Made by a program: the position numbers and the translations under genes
Assembly: GCA_965240465.1 (NCBI GenBank)
Contig: OZ251219.1
Span: 6,382 to 70,381, forward strand
From: a bacterium
GTDB taxonomy: Bacteria > SAR324 > JACQKK01
Reading direction: 5' to 3'
Length of the DNA: 64,000 nt
Notes under the pieces: generated by a model
Seen by the model: only the letters and a program-made list of their open reading frames with translations
Told to the model about the DNA's origin: nothing
The model's database searches: none
In this document: piece by piece, positions 39,775-49,160 of the stretch
Numbering within the stretch: the first letter of the stretch is position 1
Layout of the letters: each line of letters begins with the position of its first letter

Positions 39775-40764
39775 ATGATACAAATTATCAAATCTGGGGT
39801 GCTTGTCAACTTAATGCGATGGCGATACTACTGCTTCGCACTCTCTGCTCTCCTACTGATAGCAGGTACCACCGCCGCCATAACACAAGGCGGACTAAAC
39901 TACGGCATTGATTTTAAGGGCGGCTCCCTCCTGCAAGTAAAATTGCCTGCTGCCAACATCGCTGATGTCCGTAAAGCACTGGAAAACTCTTCCATAGGCT
40001 CTTTCTCGCTCCAAAGTCTTGGCTCAAACCAAAGCGAATACCTAATCCTGCTGGCAAAAAGCGAGCAATCCAGTCTGAACCTGCAAACTAGTGCCACCAA
40101 AGACGCACAACAAATCTTGTTAACAGCATTCCCAAAAATGGAAGTGCGACGCATAGAAAGCGTCGGACCCAAGGTAGGCAATGAACTCAGGCTCGCAGCC
40201 ACCCGTGCCGTCTTATTCTCACTGGTTGCCATCCTACTCTACATATGGTTGCGATTCCAATGGCGATTTAGCATCGCAGCCGTCCTCGCACTATTCCATG
40301 ACGTATTCATCGTGTTGACATTCTTTGCCATCACCCAGCGTGAAATCAATCTCGCCGTAGTGGCTGCCATCCTCACTATTGCTGGCTACTCCATCAATGA
40401 TACCATCGTTATCTTTGATCGCATCCGCGAAAAATTCCGAGTCCAATCCAAATCAAACTCCATCACCCTATTTAATCAAGCCCTCAGTGAAACTCTCAAC
40501 CGAACAATACTTACTTCCGTCACTACAACGCTGGTCGTACTTACCTTGCTCATAGCTGGGGGAAACATCGTCCGAAACTTTGCCATCGCCCTTCTGTTGG
40601 GCATAATTTCTGGCACCTACTCTTCCATATTTATTGCCTCGCCCATCGTGCTGATACTCTCCAAATCCAAAAAAAACCAAGCATCAAAAAACCAAGCATC
40701 AGGAAACCAATTGCCAAGCACAAACAAAAAAAATAAAGCCCAGCAACCCAAATCTAAAAAATAA
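39775..40764 (+). CDS. secF: Protein translocase subunit SecF
   Basis: GIDFKGG, VGPKVG.EL, GYSINDTIVIFDRIRE, GTYSSIFIA. Confidence 0.97.
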   Translation: MIQIIKSGVLVNLMRWRYYCFALSALLLIAGTTAAITQGGLNYGIDFKGGSLLQVKLPAANIADVRKALENSSIGSFSLQSLGSNQSEYLILLAKSEQSSLNLQTSATKDAQQILLTAFPKMEVRRIESVGPKVGNELRLAATRAVLFSLVAILLYIWLRFQWRFSIAAVLALFHDVFIVLTFFAITQREINLAVVAAILTIAGYSINDTIVIFDRIREKFRVQSKSNSITLFNQALSETLNRTILTSVTTTLVVLTLLIAGGNIVRNFAIALLLGIISGTYSSIFIASPIVLILSKSKKNQASKNQASGNQLPSTNKKNKAQQPKSKK

Positions 40765-40991
40765 TGCTGCCTGAACTGGGTAAATGGCTCTTCCTGCTGG
40801 GATGTCTGTTGATAATTATCGGCATCTTCTTTTGGCTTGGCGGAAAATTGCCCCCCTGGTTATCCTATATCGGACAGCTGCCCGGTGATATCCGCATCCA
40901 AAGACCAAATTTTTCCTTCTTCTTTCCCCTTACCACTAGCATCCTGCTTTCCATCATTTTATCTTTGCTCTTATGGCTACTAAGGAAATAG
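40764..40991 (+). CDS. DUF2905 small membrane protein
   Basis: GQLPGDIRIQRPNFSFFFPLTTSILLS. Confidence 0.85.
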   Translation: MLPELGKWLFLLGCLLIIIGIFFWLGGKLPPWLSYIGQLPGDIRIQRPNFSFFFPLTTSILLSIILSLLLWLLRK

Positions 40992-41037
40992 ACTTCGCCC
41001 TTAACTTACCTACCCCATAACTGCTAAAACCAACTAA

Positions 41038-41124
41038 GGAGAGGTGGCCGAGTGGTCGAAGGCGGTGGACTCGAAATCCATTATGCGGGCAACTGCATCG
41101 GGGGTTCGAATCCCTCCCTCTCCG
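41038..41124 (+). tRNA. tRNA-Ser (anticodon CGA)
   Basis: GGAGAGG acceptor pairs with CCTCTCC; D-loop GGCCGAGTGGTCGAAGGC; anticodon arm GTGGA-CTCGAAA-TCCAT; long variable arm; GGTTCGAATCC T-loop; no encoded CCA. Confidence 0.95.
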
Positions 41125-41369
41125 TTTGCCTAAACCTATTTACAACCGCAGATAAGTTAAAATCGCTAGGATTAAACGGGATCCCATTCAGCATTCCATG
41201 TCGGTGTCAATATAATATAGTTGACATAATCAAAAAGATTATGATTGAATCAAGGACTGGGGATTAGCCCTGTTGTACGTCTAGGCGTTCTGTTTGTATG
41301 GGTTGAATTTTCGCAGTAATGACCGTATATAATGCGGGGTTAAAAATCACTAAATGAAAGGATTCTCAA

Positions 41370-41621
41370 ATGGCAGAAAAACGAGACACAGTTACTTATG
41401 ATCTGAAAAAGGGCAATAAGGTTGTTTACACTGGAACCACTAACGATCCGAAACGACGTGAGCAAGGTCACAGAGATGACGGCAAAAAATTCGACCGCAT
41501 GGATGTTACGTCAAGACGTATGACTAAGGACGGAGCCACTAAGAAAGAAACTGATAGGCTTGCTACATACCGTAAGAATCAGGGCGAAAACCCAAAGTAC
41601 AATAAGGATCTTAACGGCTAG
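41370..41621 (+). CDS. Minimal GIY-YIG-like nuclease
   Basis: TYDLKKGNKVVYTGTTNDPKRREQGH...KKE...PKYN matches GIY-YIG core spacing (Y..Y.G.T...RR..H, E, N); AAAGGA RBS. Confidence 0.7.
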   Translation: MAEKRDTVTYDLKKGNKVVYTGTTNDPKRREQGHRDDGKKFDRMDVTSRRMTKDGATKKETDRLATYRKNQGENPKYNKDLNG

Positions 41622-41631
41622 TATATTACTT

Positions 41632-41829
41632 CTATTGGCTACCGTTGTTGACGAGTGATTGGGTGGATTCGGCCAGATGCTGTTCTTCATAGGCCAAGAC
41701 ATCTTTCTCACGGTAAACCGCCCGACCACCCATTTTTAGAAGTAGCGGTCCCCAGCCAATGGCATGCCAGCGTTCAAATGTGCGTTGTGAGATGCACCAG
41801 TGCTCAGCCAGTTGCTTCTGATTGATATG
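41632..41829 (-). pseudogene. Excisionase/AlpA-like HTH protein lacking a start codon
   Basis: Manual translation HINQKQLAEHWCISQRTFERWHAIGWGPLLLKMGGRAVYREKDVLAYEEQHL...; 5' end cut at the repeat junction. Confidence 0.8.
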
Positions 41830-41913
41830 GTTGCGGGCAACTGCATCGGGGGTTCGAATCCCTCCCTCTCCGTTTGCCTAAACCTATTTACAACCGCAGA
41901 TAAGTTAAAATTG

Positions 41914-42873
41914 CTAGACCTTGTAACCCCATGCACCTTCTATGTTTAGGTCGCCTCCTTTGAAGAAAGATGTTATCAATTTAATATATTCTCTAAAATC
42001 AGGGTTTATTTTTGCTAGCTGATCGGCAGCATTCCAATCAACTTGCGGGCGTTCTCTAGCGGGAATCACAATTTGGCTCTTACGGGGTTCTTCCTCGTTT
42101 AAGAGAATAAAACCAATACCATGCAGACTGGATAATACCCGTAACACTGGTTTAGCTGAGATGGCTAATTCGCCAGCAGCCAGATAACCAAGATTTGCCC
42201 AAGACGAATTACTGACAGCTTGAAAGAATGATTCTCTAACATTACCTATATCAATTTTCTCTTTCACCTCAGAAGACCACAGTCTTGCCTTTGCACCGCT
42301 ATCTTTTACACATTCTTTGATTTTATCATCCCAACCTTTACTCAAATCTTCTATCCCCACCAGATCCGGGTGGAGCCACTCACTTGCTCCTTTTTTCTTG
42401 CTTGTAGAGCGTCTTTCATTAATTCTCTTGCTACGAACGTTTTCTGTCTCTAAAAATTTACTTAATACGGGATAAAACCTCTCTTCTCCCTTTAATGTGC
42501 TGTTAACCTTCGGTTTTGTAGTAAAATAGTGCCTTTGGGGATTCTTACCAGCTACCTTATTTGATGACTGTTGTTCTTTTGTTTCATCTTCATCCGATAT
42601 TCCAGCAAAATAGAACTTCCTTGGACGATCAGTAGTTACTACAATCCTCGGTTCCTTCTTTACCATTGAATCACTATTAGCTGATATACTAGATCGTACC
42701 TGCTCCTTGAGATCTTTATCCTCATTAAGCCGCCCACCACGAGCTTTTCTTCGCATCTCAAGACATTTTTCAGGGTAGGTTTTATAGTACCATTCTGCAA
42801 TTTCTCTAGGGGTATATCTTTTTCCCTCGTTTTTCTTGAGGTATTCTATAACAATATCAATCTTACTAGCCAT
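41914..42873 (-). CDS. COG2958/HrgA-like protein (N-terminal HTH + PD-(D/E)xK nuclease fold)
   Basis: WLHPDLVG, WSSEVK, VRESFFQAVSNSSWANLGYL, HGIGFI. Confidence 0.8.
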   Translation of the reverse strand: MASKIDIVIEYLKKNEGKRYTPREIAEWYYKTYPEKCLEMRRKARGGRLNEDKDLKEQVRSSISANSDSMVKKEPRIVVTTDRPRKFYFAGISDEDETKEQQSSNKVAGKNPQRHYFTTKPKVNSTLKGEERFYPVLSKFLETENVRSKRINERRSTSKKKGASEWLHPDLVGIEDLSKGWDDKIKECVKDSGAKARLWSSEVKEKIDIGNVRESFFQAVSNSSWANLGYLAAGELAISAKPVLRVLSSLHGIGFILLNEEEPRKSQIVIPARERPQVDWNAADQLAKINPDFREYIKLITSFFKGGDLNIEGAWGYKV

Positions 42874-43001
42874 CTGTAGTCTCCTTTATTCGTTAATTTT
42901 CATACCAATCTAAGCGATATTTGTCCTCGCTTAACTAAAGATACAATACTCTATTCACTTGTTCAAGCCATCCTTGCTACATTAGCTCTTAAAGGAGAGA
43001 C

Positions 43002-44441
43002 ATGATGCTAATACCAGTAATATTAAGTGGAGGGGTTGGTTCTCGGCTGTGGCCGCTGTCTCGTGAACAGGAACCAAAGTTGTTCATGCGTCTAGCTGAC
43101 AATGAAAGCCTAGTACAGAAAGCATTCTTGCGGGGTAGTCTATTGCCTGAGGTACGGGATGTGCTAACGGTTTGCTCGCAACATTTTTGGCGACAGATTG
43201 ACCGCGAATATCAGGAGGTTGCCGAGCCTCGCAAGTTGGCTGTTAAAAACCATTTTATGTTGGAGCCTTGTAGTCGTAACACCGCAGCAGCTATCGCGAT
43301 GGCTACCCTGTGGGTAAGTCGTACCTTTGGCGAGGACACCCAGCTACTGGTTTTGCCCAGCGACCACTTAATCACTCCGCAATCCTTGTTTAATGAAGCT
43401 GTTGAGCGGGCAATCGCTCTGGCGGAAACGGGAAAGATAACTCTGTTTGGTATTAAACCTACCCGCCCAGATACGGGCTATGGCTACTTAGAGAATCGTG
43501 CGGATGAGATAATTCGCTTCGTGGAAAAGCCCGATGCTAAACGAGCAGAGGAATTCTATAAAAGCGGTGATTTTCTTTGGAATGCTGGAATGTTTTGTTT
43601 TCAGGCACGAGTGATGCTCAAAGAAATGCAGCAGCATTGTGCCGAAATCTTAGTGGCGGCTGAAAAAACAGCTGAGAAAACAATGACAGAGCAACAAGGA
43701 GGACGCACCTTGATTAAGATTAGTCCTGAGAATTTTCAAGCCATTCCTCAAGAATCCATTGATTACGCGGTTATTGAGAAAACCACCTCTGCTGCGGTGG
43801 TGTCCAGTAAATTTGACTGGAATGATATTGGTAATTGGGATACTTGGGGAGAACTGAAGCCTGCCGATGAGAAGGGCAACCATATCCAAGGGCCGGTCGC
43901 CATCATTGATTCGCACGATAACATTATTTTCAGCCACCGCGTTCTGGGAGTACTGGGAATCGACAATGCCGTAATTGTTGACACTGAAGACGCCCTGCTG
44001 GTCGCCAATCGAAAAAATATTCAACAGGTGCGAGAAATATATGCTCAGCTGAAAAAGAACTATCCTCAGGTGGTGGAATATCATAAAACCATTCAATGCC
44101 CTTGGGGATCCTACACTGTGCTGGATGAAGGAGTAAATTTTAAGGTGAAACGCATTGAAGTACATCCCAATGGTCAATTAAGCCTGCAATCACACAAACA
44201 CCGCTCAGAACATTGGACCGTAGTCAGTGGAGAGGCAACCACTACCATTGATGGTAAAATAATGGTCTTGAAACCAAATCAGTCTTGCTATATCAATTGC
44301 GGAGAAATTCATCGGCTGGAAAACAAAGGGACCAAGAAGATGATCCTGATAGAAGTCCAAAGCGGTGCTTATCTGGAAGAAGATGACATCATTCGCTATG
44401 AAGACGCTTATGGACGGTCTACAGAAGATGAAACAAAATAG
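43002..44441 (+). CDS. manC: Mannose-1-phosphate guanylyltransferase / mannose-6-phosphate isomerase
   Basis: GGVGSRLWPLSR, RNTAAA, FVEKPD, WNAGMF, SIDYAV, PWG, SLQSHKHRSEHW. Confidence 0.95.
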   Translation: MMLIPVILSGGVGSRLWPLSREQEPKLFMRLADNESLVQKAFLRGSLLPEVRDVLTVCSQHFWRQIDREYQEVAEPRKLAVKNHFMLEPCSRNTAAAIAMATLWVSRTFGEDTQLLVLPSDHLITPQSLFNEAVERAIALAETGKITLFGIKPTRPDTGYGYLENRADEIIRFVEKPDAKRAEEFYKSGDFLWNAGMFCFQARVMLKEMQQHCAEILVAAEKTAEKTMTEQQGGRTLIKISPENFQAIPQESIDYAVIEKTTSAAVVSSKFDWNDIGNWDTWGELKPADEKGNHIQGPVAIIDSHDNIIFSHRVLGVLGIDNAVIVDTEDALLVANRKNIQQVREIYAQLKKNYPQVVEYHKTIQCPWGSYTVLDEGVNFKVKRIEVHPNGQLSLQSHKHRSEHWTVVSGEATTTIDGKIMVLKPNQSCYINCGEIHRLENKGTKKMILIEVQSGAYLEEDDIIRYEDAYGRSTEDETK

Positions 44442-44460
44442 CCCGAGAGAATGGTGGTAC

Positions 44461-45684
44461 TTAAGCTCTCCGATAAAGACTGTTTTCGTCGCAATATATC
44501 CTGCCTGAAAGTTCCAACTCCAGCAGTATCCCCAGCAAGCGTTCCATGGGGATCTCAGCCGAGCGACAAATATCATCGGGATGCATTGATTGACGGGCCA
44601 AGAAGTTCATCACACAAGTTTGCTCTTTGCTGAGAGATTTGTCATTAGCAGCAGTTGATGAATCAGATGAGGTAGTAGGCTCGGGAGTATTTTGGTGAAC
44701 AAAGGCAGGGAAATCCGTGATGATTTGGGGGATTTCGTTGGTAGAAGAATCAGCAGTAGAAGAAGTAGCTGGGATCTCAGCGAGATTGTACGAATCGGGA
44801 GCATAACTTAAAACAGCCGCGGTAATTTCTTCTGTATCTAGGAGCATGCGTGCTTGTCCACTTTTCAGCAGATAATTGGTCCCCTGGCTACAAGGACGGT
44901 TAACATCGCCGGGCAAGCAGAAGACTTGGCGGTTGTAGTTTTGGGAAAATCCTGCCGTAATCAAGGCTCCGCTTTTTAAGCCTGCCTCCGTCACTGCCAG
45001 TGCACCACCCAGCCCGCTGATAATCCTATTGCGATGAGGAAAATTATAAGCATGAGCAGGAGTACCCATCGGTTGTTCGCTTATCACTATCCCCTGGCTG
45101 TAAATACGATTTGTTAATGATCTATGCTGAGGAGGATAAATTACATCCACACCACATCCCAGTACAGCCACAGTACGCAAGCCAAGCTTTAGAGCACACT
45201 CATGAGCTATACTATCCACTCCCAGTGCTAGACCACTAACTACGATCAGCTGAGGAATTCGCTTAGTCATCTCACCCAACAGCAGTTCAATCTGCTGTGT
45301 AGAGTAAGTGGTACATTGGCGGCTACCTACGATGCTCAACATTGGTCCTTCAGGGAAGGGCTGTTGGCCGCGGCAATAAAGTACCGCAGGCGGATTAGGC
45401 AAGCATTCCAGTAAAGTAGGATAATCGTCATCACCCAGACAAAGCAAACGTGCTCCAGCACGGCGTATACTCTCACACTGAGCTACGATATCCACCGTAT
45501 CCGAGGCGTGCAAAATGCTTTCTATCTGGTGTGTAGAGAAATTACAAAATTCCGATAATTCTTCAGGAGAAGCCTCCAGTGCCTGCTGAGGATGCTGGTA
45601 TTGACTAATTATTGTTCCAAGTGCACCAGGCCCAATCCCCTTTAACAAGCTGAGTAATAATAAACTGCGTTGACGATCATCCAT
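44461..45684 (-). CDS. dprA: DNA-processing protein DprA
   Basis: IVGSR, VSGLALGVD, FPHRNRIISGL, KSGALITA, C-terminal LLELELSG. Confidence 0.95.
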   Translation of the reverse strand: MDDRQRSLLLLSLLKGIGPGALGTIISQYQHPQQALEASPEELSEFCNFSTHQIESILHASDTVDIVAQCESIRRAGARLLCLGDDDYPTLLECLPNPPAVLYCRGQQPFPEGPMLSIVGSRQCTTYSTQQIELLLGEMTKRIPQLIVVSGLALGVDSIAHECALKLGLRTVAVLGCGVDVIYPPQHRSLTNRIYSQGIVISEQPMGTPAHAYNFPHRNRIISGLGGALAVTEAGLKSGALITAGFSQNYNRQVFCLPGDVNRPCSQGTNYLLKSGQARMLLDTEEITAAVLSYAPDSYNLAEIPATSSTADSSTNEIPQIITDFPAFVHQNTPEPTTSSDSSTAANDKSLSKEQTCVMNFLARQSMHPDDICRSAEIPMERLLGILLELELSGRIYCDENSLYRRA

Positions 45685-45753
45685 AGAACGTATTTCTTTA
45701 TATTTATTCTAATAAATTATTTTTGTTTAGCATAAATTTCCATAAGAAATTGG

Positions 45754-46560
45754 CTATGATTTAGCATTAGCTGCCGAAATTTTTAACCTCTTTAGTACGG
45801 GTTCCCATTCTTTGGCTCTATGTTCCTGTTGCCCAAGTTGATATGAGTTTATCAATTTGGCCAGCACTTTGCGTTTTTGGGGATATTCAGGATAGTTTTT
45901 CAGCAAAAACAAGTAGCGATTTGCGGCAGCCGCGTATTGATGACGCTTAAAATAAAAATCTGCTACCAGTTGTTCATGTCCTGCCAAGATGTGCCGAGCT
46001 CTATTATAGTAGTCCGTGACACTTCCTTGGTAGCTGCTGTTGGGGTAGATAAGAAAGAATCTTTCTGCATCTTGGACAATATTTTTATATGGTTTTATGT
46101 TGCGGCTTACATTTGTTTTTCGTCTGAAAAACCCCGCCAAGGTTTGCTCGTATTGTACCCGTATCAGGTTGTAATAGATCAAGTGGCTTCGTTCACCATA
46201 GGGTTGCAAAATGGTGACCCGCCGATAGTTGATCTCTGCTTCATCCCATTTTTCTAGCTTTTCGTTAGCTTGGGCTAGTCGTAGATGAGCATACACTGCT
46301 TGCAAGGTGCTGGGTTCTTTATCCACCACAATGGTGTATTTGCGAATGGCATCAAGGTAAAATCCGTCGTCAAACAAGCGATTAGCTTCTAGATAAAGAT
46401 GGCGTGTGTTTTTGTTTTTATCTGCAGTTACTTCTCCTTCTGGTTCCAGCTGCGATTTGGTAGCTCCTTCCGTGGGTTGTGCCCACAATGGCTGTGTCCA
46501 CAATAGTTGTGTCACTAGCAAGCAGGAAAGCAATAATAGACCACCGACAATTCTACTCAT
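45754..46560 (-). CDS. bamD: Outer membrane assembly factor BamD-like TPR protein
   Basis: YP.S.Y...LAGHEQLVADFYFKRHQYAAAANRY..LLKNYP. Confidence 0.8.
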   Translation of the reverse strand: MSRIVGGLLLLSCLLVTQLLWTQPLWAQPTEGATKSQLEPEGEVTADKNKNTRHLYLEANRLFDDGFYLDAIRKYTIVVDKEPSTLQAVYAHLRLAQANEKLEKWDEAEINYRRVTILQPYGERSHLIYYNLIRVQYEQTLAGFFRRKTNVSRNIKPYKNIVQDAERFFLIYPNSSYQGSVTDYYNRARHILAGHEQLVADFYFKRHQYAAAANRYLFLLKNYPEYPQKRKVLAKLINSYQLGQQEHRAKEWEPVLKRLKISAANAKS

Positions 46561-46660
46561 TAAAAGATCTCGTTGTTATTCTTATTGACGAATTTTGGTT
46601 CACCATTTTAGCTTGACTAGCCTTGGGTTAAAATTGTCATTGCTGGTAGAAAGCACTATG

Positions 46661-47818
46661 CTAGCCCCTCCTACGGGTGAAAGTACTAGCGGTGGGAGGT
46701 GAAAAATCACGCACTTTCTTGAGCTTCAAAAATCCATCTTGTTCCGAGGAACAGCGGACACGAAACACGTTTCCTCGCATATCAAGGGTACTTCCTCCCC
46801 GAATAGAACCAGACAGAGTGTGTACATCAGCATGGATAATGGCCTCAGTGTTATTATCTAGGTCAACTTGCAGGCGTCCAATTTGGCCATTGAGCACTAG
46901 TTTGCACTGTCCGCGTGCGTGTACTTCGGCATTACCGCTCAATTCTATCACACGAGCATAAGCCTGCTGCATGCGAAGCGTTAGTCCACAGAGTTCAGCG
47001 GCTACCAGCTGACCGCCAGGGAGTAAATTGGCACTTAATTGACTATTCAGATCACCAATGGTTAGTGGTCTACTGAGGTCACACACTTCTACTGCAATTC
47101 CTGAAGGTACAGTGATTAGAAGGTTAACGGGCAATTGATTGCATTCTAGCAAGAATTTTTCGGCACTGGGAAGGTTGTTTTGCGACCCCATTCTTTCTAA
47201 AGTCCGTCCCAATAGGCCTGCCCCAGTAAACTCTCTGCCACTAGAAAAAGAATTCTTTGGGACAGGGGATAAACGCTTCAAATAATGTTGCGGACCTTCC
47301 ATTTCCAGCTGCACAATGTGTCTGGCGATCTGCTGAGAATGAACACCTTGTAGCTTAGCCAAGGTACTGTTCCACAACCGTAGTGCCTCCGTGGGATTGA
47401 TGACAGTCTCGCCTCCTGGGGCACTCAGTACAAATACCCCATTGCGCGGCAATGCCAAGGCACTGATATGCACCATATCTTTACCACTACTCGCGGTAGA
47501 TTTTGTTGCTGTCCTTGTGCCTTCTTTTCCACTGGTATTCCGCGACCATTCTGATTTGTGAACAAAACCAGTACTAGAGCCAAAGCCTGCTGTCCCCCTT
47601 ACTCCTCCTTCGTTATGAAAATTGAGCACTGTTTCATCATAAGCACGGCGTTTATCGGCATCCTGCAAAGTTTCATAGGCCTGCTGTACTAGACCAAACA
47701 ACACCGCGTCTCCACCCGCATCAGGGTGCAACTTCTTGGCTAAATTACGCCAAGCGGACTGAATCTCATCTGCCGAAGCCGAAGTAGATACCTGTAACAA
47801 TTGATAATAATTATTCAC
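46661..47818 (-). CDS. J-domain (DnaJ-type) protein with uncharacterised C-terminal region
   Basis: NYYQLLQV..SAS.DEI..AWR.LAKKLHPD...AYETL.D..KRRAYD. Confidence 0.8.
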   Translation of the reverse strand: MNNYYQLLQVSTSASADEIQSAWRNLAKKLHPDAGGDAVLFGLVQQAYETLQDADKRRAYDETVLNFHNEGGVRGTAGFGSSTGFVHKSEWSRNTSGKEGTRTATKSTASSGKDMVHISALALPRNGVFVLSAPGGETVINPTEALRLWNSTLAKLQGVHSQQIARHIVQLEMEGPQHYLKRLSPVPKNSFSSGREFTGAGLLGRTLERMGSQNNLPSAEKFLLECNQLPVNLLITVPSGIAVEVCDLSRPLTIGDLNSQLSANLLPGGQLVAAELCGLTLRMQQAYARVIELSGNAEVHARGQCKLVLNGQIGRLQVDLDNNTEAIIHADVHTLSGSIRGGSTLDMRGNVFRVRCSSEQDGFLKLKKVRDFSPPTASTFTRRRG

Positions 47819-47885
47819 CGTATTTTCTCATCAATATTTTCCGCCAGAAATACCTATGATCAGTTATAGGATACACACTATTCTA

Positions 47886-48998
47886 CTAATCATCCAAATC
47901 ATGTTGTTGCCGTAATCTACTAAAAGCCCACTGCGGTTCCTGACGCAACCAGTGGTCAATTAAAACCAAATTCACCATCGCTTCCACTACCGGTACCGCA
48001 CGAGGTAGCACGCAGGGATCATGGCGTCCTTGCCCTCGCAATAACACCTTTTCTCCTTTGCGATTAACTGTCTGCTGTTCTTTAGCGATGGTAGAAGTAG
48101 GCTTGAAAGCTACCCGCAACAGGATCGGTTCTCCATTGCTAATTCCCCCCTGTATTCCCCCAGAACGATTGCTTGCAGTGCCAATTCCCGCAGGCTTTTT
48201 CACATACACATCGTTGTGTTCTGAGCCTAGTTGAGTAGTTGCCGCAAATCCCAGACCAAATTCCACTCCACGGGTGGCAGGTAGAGACATTAAACCCTTA
48301 GCTAAATCCGCCGTTAGCTTGTCAAAAACGGGTTCTCCCAGCCCCGCAGGACAGCCGCGTACAACCACTTCTATAACACCACCAACGCTATCACCCTGCT
48401 TTTTTACCTCCATAATATAAGCCTCCATCTCCCGTGCAGCCTTGGCATCGGGACACCTCACCACGTTGCTTTCAATTTGCTCACCCGAAACTCGTTCCAC
48501 ATCTACCCGGCTTCGCAACTTATGAACCTCTGAAACCCAAGCTAAGGTCTCCACTCCGTGCAAACTTAATAGTTTCTTAGCCACCGCACCAGCAGCTACC
48601 CGAGCAACAGTCTCACGTGCACTAGCTCTACCTCCACCCTGCCAATTGTGTATTCCATATTTTTGCTCATAACTAAAATCGGCATGGCTAGGACGATACC
48701 GTTCCCTAAAAATCTTATAATCCTGTTGCCGAGCATCGCCATTGCGTACCAACATAGCCAAAGACGTCCCGAGCGTGTGCCCTTCAAACACTCCGCTGAC
48801 AATCTCCACCTGATCCTGCTCGGAACGCTGAGTGGTTATCTGACTCTGGGACGGACGCCGCCGCTTCAACTGCTGCTGAATATCATTTTCAGTTAAGGGC
48901 AAGCCCGCTGGGCAACCTTCTACCACCACCCCGACCGCAACCCCATGGGACTCCCCCCAGCTGGTAATCTTGAAAAATTTGCCAAAAGTATCACCCAC
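47886..48998 (-). CDS. aroC: Chorismate synthase
   Basis: [42 protein letters not shown]. Confidence 0.98.
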   Translation of the reverse strand: MGDTFGKFFKITSWGESHGVAVGVVVEGCPAGLPLTENDIQQQLKRRRPSQSQITTQRSEQDQVEIVSGVFEGHTLGTSLAMLVRNGDARQQDYKIFRERYRPSHADFSYEQKYGIHNWQGGGRASARETVARVAAGAVAKKLLSLHGVETLAWVSEVHKLRSRVDVERVSGEQIESNVVRCPDAKAAREMEAYIMEVKKQGDSVGGVIEVVVRGCPAGLGEPVFDKLTADLAKGLMSLPATRGVEFGLGFAATTQLGSEHNDVYVKKPAGIGTASNRSGGIQGGISNGEPILLRVAFKPTSTIAKEQQTVNRKGEKVLLRGQGRHDPCVLPRAVPVVEAMVNLVLIDHWLRQEPQWAFSRLRQQHDLDD

Positions 48999-49160
48999 TT
49001 TTACCCCCTATTAATGCTATACTGCGGTTTATATTTTGCATGATAAGGCACAAAATCATTTCTCAATCCAACCATGTTCCCAACAGATAATCTCCAATCT
49101 CATTCTAACCCGATGCACGACTACTAACCAATCCTTACAACCAAACACCTGCCTTGCAAC

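Larger units (their letters stand above)
41084..41917. mobile_element. Integrase-less islet at tRNA-Ser flanked by an 80-86 bp direct repeat (41084-41169 / 41832-41917)
   Basis: 3' half of tRNA plus about 40 bp downstream repeated 748 bp later; carries GIY-YIG-like gene and excisionase remnant. Confidence 0.85.

Noticed and set aside
41052-41267. 71-aa ORF (and 41736..41936)
   Set aside because: Overlap the tRNA and its duplicate; the meaningful frame at 41632-41829 is the excisionase remnant
41832-41872. Second tRNA gene
   Set aside because: Only the 3' half (variable arm, T arm, acceptor) is present; it is the duplicated att-like repeat
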